IMG/VR virus record: IMGVR_UViG_3300042376_000206
Length of the DNA stretch: 63,823 nt
Reading direction: 5' to 3' (one strand)
Source of the DNA: a virus
In this document: one piece after another, positions 59,672 through 63,823 of the stretch
Layout of the letters: each line of letters opens with the position of its first letter
Position numbering within the stretch: position 1 is the stretch's first letter
The notes under the pieces: generated by a model
The model's database searches: none
The model's input: the letters and a program-made list of their open reading frames with translations, nothing else
Told to the model about the DNA's origin: nothing
Made by a program: the position numbers and the translations under genes

Positions 59672-59926
59672 TCAGCAGTTCCATGCCCGAAGACTCTTGT
59701 TAATCCTCGAATTCGGATCTTTTGCGGTTTTTTCGCTCGTCAACTTCTTTTTCATCCCTTTCATACGGGCGCAAAAAGAGTCGCGGCGTGGACCGCCCTC
59801 CGGTTGAGGTGCCTTCAACCCTGGCTTCCCTGGATTCGCGGCGTTGTAGGAGGCTCGCCCCTTGGCGTTCAAGCCGCCCTTGGGGTTCTTTCCTTCCTTG
59901 CGCTGCCATGCCGGGGTCTTAGCCAT
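59672..59926 (-). CDS. small basic protein (84 aa)
   Basis: Start moved to ATG 59926 (MAKTPAWQRKEGKNPKGGLNAKGRASY...), giving an 8-nt overlap with the upstream gene. Confidence 0.65.
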   Translation of the reverse strand: MAKTPAWQRKEGKNPKGGLNAKGRASYNAANPGKPGLKAPQPEGGPRRDSFCARMKGMKKKLTSEKTAKDPNSRINKSLRAWNC

Positions 59927-60419
59927 AAAAGATCGTCGTGGTGACGTTGCTGACCAAGCCAACGTAGATACCGTTCTCGGCCAGGATGCCCTCACCGGGA
60001 ATGATCACATTGAACGCTGTCGAGTTGTACGAGTCGGCCTCCAACAAGAGATCGGCGTACATGGTGACTGCAGGGCTTCCAGTGATGGTGCCCGAAGCAG
60101 TGTCCGTAACCGTGAACGTGTTGGCGTTGGATACCGTCACAGCGTACACGTTGGTCGTCGCCGTGCCGCCAGTGCCTGCCGAGAAAGACAGCCACACGCG
60201 GTCGCCAGTGGCGAGTCCGTGCGCCGTGATGGTCACCGTGACTGTATTGGTCGAACGACCGTACGTGCCGGTCTGAGCCAGATTGTTGGCGTACACCGTG
60301 TTGCGCGTGGCAGCACTGGCATTGGCCGAAACAATCGCACCCTTGAGACGCGTACGGTAGGTGACCGCTACACCAGACGCCGCCATGTGCGCTGATTTAA
60401 CGTCGTATTGCATCGCCAT
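59919..60419 (-). CDS. virion structural protein (166 aa)
   Basis: ORF track. Thr/Ala/Gly/Val-rich, beta-type composition. Confidence 0.7.
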   Translation of the reverse strand: MAMQYDVKSAHMAASGVAVTYRTRLKGAIVSANASAATRNTVYANNLAQTGTYGRSTNTVTVTITAHGLATGDRVWLSFSAGTGGTATTNVYAVTVSNANTFTVTDTASGTITGSPAVTMYADLLLEADSYNSTAFNVIIPGEGILAENGIYVGLVSNVTTTIFYG

Positions 60420-60573
60420 CTTTTTGCTCCGGTTCTGGTGCGTCTAACCTGTCTAATAGCATCCTGTAGGCTTGAATCGTGGCTTGAGCCTGGATTTGGA
60501 AGGTCACCGCCTTCTGCATCTCACGCTCAAGCTCAGCAACTTCAGCCTCCAAGAATTCCTTGGTTATCTGCAT
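60397..60573 (-). CDS. hypothetical helical protein (58 aa, below ORF-track cutoff)
   Basis: Hand translation: MQITKEFLEAEVAELEREMQKAVTFQIQAQATIQAYRMLLDRLDAPEPEQKDGDAIRR. Its ATG shares one base with the upstream TGA. Confidence 0.4.
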   Translation of the reverse strand: MQITKEFLEAEVAELEREMQKAVTFQIQAQATIQAYRMLLDRLDAPEPEQKDGDAIRR

Positions 60574-61178
60574 CAGGGCGTGAAGGTGGCGTAAGCGGGG
60601 ACGTAATAGGGCGTGCCGCCAATGGTCACCTTGATGACCTTAGAAGGCGATGCAGCCACCGCACTGGCAGTAGGCGCAACCGTAGCCGCAGGGCCAGTCT
60701 CGATGTTGATCAGGTTCTGAACTTCACCGGTCTGAGAGCCGCTGTCGGTCACGCGAATGAACGAAGAGGCCGCGCCCAGAGTGACGTTGGTGCCGTAGTC
60801 GGTATCCAGTTGCAGAACAGCCAACGTGCCGCCAGGAGTGGTAGCCGTGCCACCCAACGTGGCGCGGATGGCGTTGGCCGCACCAGAGATGGTGCCCGTG
60901 GTGTTGATCGACGTGCTGATGTGAGCGCCGTTGATCGTGCCGCCCGTTGCCGCACCTGCACCAGTAACGACGGAGAACGCACGCAGCGTCTCGCCGGAGC
61001 CAGTCGAGGTAAATGCCAGACGGTTGTACGACAGGCGGGTGTCGCCCGTCGTAGCCGAAGTGGTGGCGTAAGACGAACTGATGTTGCCAGCGGTCGTGAC
61101 GGAAATGGGACTAGATGCAGTGCCGCCAATGAAACCATTGTTCGACGCAACTGGGCCGGAGAAGGTAGTGCGAGCCAT
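60573..61178 (-). CDS. virion structural protein, possible capsid-surface protein (201 aa)
   Basis: ORF track. Thr/Ser/Gly/Ala-rich. Ends ...VIKVTIGGTPYYVPAYATFTP. Confidence 0.65.
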   Translation of the reverse strand: MARTTFSGPVASNNGFIGGTASSPISVTTAGNISSSYATTSATTGDTRLSYNRLAFTSTGSGETLRAFSVVTGAGAATGGTINGAHISTSINTTGTISGAANAIRATLGGTATTPGGTLAVLQLDTDYGTNVTLGAASSFIRVTDSGSQTGEVQNLINIETGPAATVAPTASAVAASPSKVIKVTIGGTPYYVPAYATFTP

Positions 61179-61267
61179 CGCATATTCCTCAAATTGCGCT
61201 TGCTGTCTGTGAGGTCAGTCCGCCAAGCCGGTCAGCAAGCAGGTTTGGAATCTTGGGACTTGCGTAT

Positions 61268-61999
61268 TTATACACCGGGGCCTGGGGCAGCGTCAACGTA
61301 TTTAAAGCACCAGCCCTTCAAAGGTCCCCGAGTTAAGGGTTTGCCTGATTTCAAAGCGCGGTTAACTGTGGGGGGTTTGAGGTCTAGGGCTTCCCGCAGC
61401 GCCTGAATACTGGGGTACTTTGTGACGCTGCCGGTAGCGTCACACACCTCCACTGCCTTGCTAACCTTGGCGCCGTGATCGGGCCGCTTCTTGCCGTACC
61501 AGAAGTTGCCTTCGCCAGACAACGTGGCGCTGATCTTGGCTCGAACTGCGGCGGGTTTTGGTTTACCAAGCATAGTGGCGCGACGCTTAGTTTTTTCCTC
61601 GGGGGACTGCACACGCGCTTTAGACGCTACGCCAATACGGTGTTTGGCATCGTCCGTGTGTTTATGCCCCCAAGTCGGACTTAACGGGCCCGACATCCCT
61701 AAGTGAGGTGCGGTTGCGTCTACGCCAATGTTGTAGCAGTAGTCTTTGCCCACGTGCTCCTTGAGCCACCTGTTTTCTGCCGCAAGAAGGTCGGCAGCTA
61801 GCGCAAGTTCTTCGACCACGACAAAGACAAACGCCTGCTCGCCGTACTTGACCCATGCCGCTTGCAGGTGGCGGTTGTTGTGCTTGCCGGTACGCAACTC
61901 GGAAAAGTGCCGCGTCTTTCGGCGCTTCAGGTCTACCGCGCTGCCGACGTAGAACTTGTTGTTGACGACGTTGATGATTTTGTAGATGCCTCTGGCCAT
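61268..61999 (-). CDS. GIY-YIG homing endonuclease (free-standing)
   Basis: MARGIYKIINVVNNKFYVGSAVDLKRRKTRHFSELRTGKHNNRHLQAAWVKYG...FVFVVVEE gives the GIY-(10)-YVG, R, H.N and E motifs. Basic NUMOD-like linker repeats and a C-terminal HTH-like ALDLKPPTVNRALKSGK. Confidence 0.9.
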   Translation of the reverse strand: MARGIYKIINVVNNKFYVGSAVDLKRRKTRHFSELRTGKHNNRHLQAAWVKYGEQAFVFVVVEELALAADLLAAENRWLKEHVGKDYCYNIGVDATAPHLGMSGPLSPTWGHKHTDDAKHRIGVASKARVQSPEEKTKRRATMLGKPKPAAVRAKISATLSGEGNFWYGKKRPDHGAKVSKAVEVCDATGSVTKYPSIQALREALDLKPPTVNRALKSGKPLTRGPLKGWCFKYVDAAPGPGV

Positions 62000-62046
62000 G
62001 TGGCGCTCCTCGACTTAGACACAGGTAACGCCCCGCATCTTGGACA

Positions 62047-62076
62047 AGTGTACCACGAACTTAAACAATAACACAA
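62047..62076 (-). promoter_or_regulatory. candidate promoter for the homing endonuclease gene
   Basis: Minus-strand TTGTGT-18 nt-TACACT. Weak match to consensus. Confidence 0.3.
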
Positions 62077-62080
62077 GCAT

Positions 62081-62106
62081 AAAAACAAAGGGGGCCGAAG
62101 CCCCCT
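62081..62106 (-). terminator. intrinsic terminator after the major capsid gene
   Basis: Minus strand: AGGGGGC-ttcg-GCCCCCT + TTGTTTTTAT, 30 nt after the capsid stop. Confidence 0.85.
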
Positions 62107-62136
62107 CTGCAACCCGCATAAATGCTAGGTTTTAGC

Positions 62137-63066
62137 TTAGGCTCCGGCAGAGCCCCAAATTCCGAGGGGGTCCGACCAGCCGAACGAGTACCTCTCGCGG
62201 GCCTTGTAGCGCACGTTGCCGGTGTCGAAGTCACCGTCCATCGAGGTGCCCATAGCGACACGCTCGAAATGCTTCAGACCGTTGGGCACGTCCGTGGTCA
62301 GGAACCAGGCGTTGACGTCGGTCAAGAAGTGGTTGACGGTGAAGCCACCGGGGATTGCACCCATCTGCTTGATAGCGTTGATGTCGTTATCAGCAGTGGC
62401 CACGCGCAGTTCAGTGTCAAGCAGGCGCTTGGCAACGAACATCAGGCTGGGCGGAATGACCAGCTTGACCGGCTTGGCGGCGATCAGCAGACCGCGTTCG
62501 TCCGTCCACGCAGCGATCTGAATCACAGCGTTTTCGAGCGACGTCTCGTTCAGGTCAACGGCAACAGACGGGCTGTTGTAGTTCACACCACCGGAAACCA
62601 GGGGGTGACCCACGCGAGCAGCCGAGGAGTTGACGCCGAACAGCGACACGCCGTCACCGCCGGGGTAAGCGCCGTTGAAGCCGTTGTTCAGAACGGCAGC
62701 GGCCTTGACCTGCTTGGTGTAGGACATCGCACGGGCCAGAGCCTTGGTGTAGCGGGCAGACAGACTGTCATACAGGTTGTCTTCCACTGCTTCCTCGGTG
62801 ATCGAGAAGCCAAGGGCGATAGTCTCGTGGTTGTAACGAGCGGTGAAGGCTTCCTGCGCATTGTCATACGCGATGGCCTGACCTTCGTTCTTCACCGGAG
62901 CGGCATTGAAGCCAGCCAGCTTGGTTTCTTCTTCGAAGGAACGCTCGGACTTCTCAGTCTCGTAGATTTCCTTGTGCTCTTCGCCGTAGCGAGCGTACTC
63001 CATACCGAACAGAGCGTTCAGGCCGGGCAGGAGTTCCTTGAGTAGTTGGGCACGAGAAATTGCCAT
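62137..63066 (-). CDS. major capsid protein candidate
   Basis: 309 aa. Lies downstream of portal, scaffold and the accessory genes and is followed by the strongest terminator in the window. N-terminus MAISRAQLLKELLPGLNALFG. The composition fits a capsid subunit, but the fold was not verified. Confidence 0.7.
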   Translation of the reverse strand: MAISRAQLLKELLPGLNALFGMEYARYGEEHKEIYETEKSERSFEEETKLAGFNAAPVKNEGQAIAYDNAQEAFTARYNHETIALGFSITEEAVEDNLYDSLSARYTKALARAMSYTKQVKAAAVLNNGFNGAYPGGDGVSLFGVNSSAARVGHPLVSGGVNYNSPSVAVDLNETSLENAVIQIAAWTDERGLLIAAKPVKLVIPPSLMFVAKRLLDTELRVATADNDINAIKQMGAIPGGFTVNHFLTDVNAWFLTTDVPNGLKHFERVAMGTSMDGDFDTGNVRYKARERYSFGWSDPLGIWGSAGA

Positions 63067-63082
63067 TTCAGATCACTCCTTA

Positions 63083-63691
63083 TCAGGCAACGCCAGTTGC
63101 ATTCGTGTACGAATGCTGGCCGATGTTGAACTTCACCAACACATCGGTCTTGGCATCACCAACAGTCGAGAACGGACCGTTGACAAAGCCGACCAGACGG
63201 AAGCCCGCAGTGAGGGCTTGCGTCGTGGCGCTCAGGGCCGACAGCGAATTGCCCGAGGTGGTGGAGCCACCCGTGCCTGCCGTACCGCTCTGAGCAGCGG
63301 CGAAGAGCATGTTTTGACCCAGTTGAGTCTGCGTCACAGGGCCATCGGCCTGGGCTTGGAACACGGCGCGGTCGTCATCGACGACGTACGCAACAGCGTT
63401 CAGCGAACCCGAGGGATAGTACTGCGAGAAGACCGTCTGGCCTTGCGCGTTGACGTACGAGCAGCCCACAAAGACACCGATGGTGCCAGCGGGGAATGCG
63501 TCGCCGGTGCCACCAGTCTCAGTCACGAGGCGGATGTAACCGTCAGTGTGGATTTTCACCACTTGGCCGTAGAAGAGGTTGCTCGAATAGCCAGCGGGGT
63601 CAATCAGAAATTGACGCGTTTCGCCTGCGTACGGCAGACCGTCAACTCGGTTTACAGCCCGTAGGCCGTAGGGAGCAGCAGTAGATGCCAT
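63083..63691 (-). CDS. capsid-associated protein candidate (202 aa)
   Basis: ORF track. GGAG RBS. Gly/Thr/Ala/Val-rich. Lies directly upstream of the capsid gene. Confidence 0.65.
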   Translation of the reverse strand: MASTAAPYGLRAVNRVDGLPYAGETRQFLIDPAGYSSNLFYGQVVKIHTDGYIRLVTETGGTGDAFPAGTIGVFVGCSYVNAQGQTVFSQYYPSGSLNAVAYVVDDDRAVFQAQADGPVTQTQLGQNMLFAAAQSGTAGTGGSTTSGNSLSALSATTQALTAGFRLVGFVNGPFSTVGDAKTDVLVKFNIGQHSYTNATGVA

Positions 63692-63702
63692 TTAAGGACT
63701 CC

Positions 63703-63823
63703 TAAGTTACTTTGAACCAGAACCAAACCCACCTCCGCGCGTCGTGCTGGACTTGCGGTCCGAGAACAACGGCATCCGTGGATCATTGTTTCGCATGAAG
63801 TGGTTGTCCACTGAGTCCATCTG
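63703..63823. repeat. terminal direct repeat, right copy (duplicate of 1..121; contains a truncated copy of the 3' end of ORF 5..463)
   Basis: Exact identity read directly. Confidence 0.95.

Larger units (their letters stand above)
61268..62076 (-). mobile_element. homing-endonuclease gene cassette between the capsid gene and the next structural gene
   Basis: The HEG with its own GAGGAG RBS and a candidate promoter. It sits immediately downstream of the capsid-gene terminator and interrupts an otherwise tightly packed structural operon. Confidence 0.6.

Noticed and set aside
63703-63823. The 121-bp end repeat as a genuine T7-like direct terminal repeat.
   Set aside because: It lies within coding sequence and has no flanking non-coding or packaging-signal features. 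An assembly overlap of a circular or permuted genome is the simpler reading. It is not fully excluded (see finding).
1-63823. Lysogeny functions (integrase, CI/Cro switch, attP) or plasmid-prophage partition (ParA/ParB).
   Set aside because: No integrase- or recombinase-like ORF was found. The ParB-like protein lacks a ParA partner and has the nuclease-type DGQHR core. The HTH proteins alone are insufficient evidence.

Overview
The window is a complete genome of a tailed dsDNA phage with podovirus-like gene content. It has 63,702 bp of unique sequence plus an exact 121-bp duplication at both ends (1..121 = 63703..63823). That duplication most likely marks a circularly closed assembly, or less likely a short terminal redundancy. 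The sequence is GC-rich by eye (not computed).

There are two transcription arms. (1) A plus-strand early/replication arm runs from about 7.09 to 28.7 kb and holds about 47 mostly small genes. Many are chained by ATGA/GTGA stop-start overlaps and preceded by a recurring AGGAGAAAC Shine-Dalgarno. It encodes a DUF932-like protein, an M28-like metallopeptidase, a ParB-like nuclease-domain protein, a VRR-NUC nuclease, a family A DNA polymerase, a Cas4-like exonuclease, an SNF2 helicase, an SSB-like protein and a primase-helicase. (2) A minus-strand late arm starts at the small-terminase candidate (6683), runs through coordinate 1, wraps to 63691 and continues down to 28777. It encodes terminase, portal, a GroES-like protein, scaffold, capsid, a free-standing GIY-YIG homing endonuclease, a run of tiny Lys/Gly-rich proteins, adaptor-like proteins, a repeat-rich tail fiber with a C-terminal S74-type chaperone, a lysis cassette embedded among tail genes, tail tubular-like proteins, three ejection-type proteins and a 3314-aa giant protein.

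I recognised no RNA polymerase, integrase, tRNA, rRNA or CRISPR array.

The most unusual non-genic features:
- A ~296-bp dyad-symmetric heptamer array (TGGGTAG x10) around an AT-rich core at 7863..8158.
- A family of six GGGGAAG-NTTT-CTTCCCC hairpins confined to the first 5 kb of the early arm.
- G-quadruplex-type G-runs in the early leader.

All protein-family calls rest on motifs recognised by eye. No database search was run.
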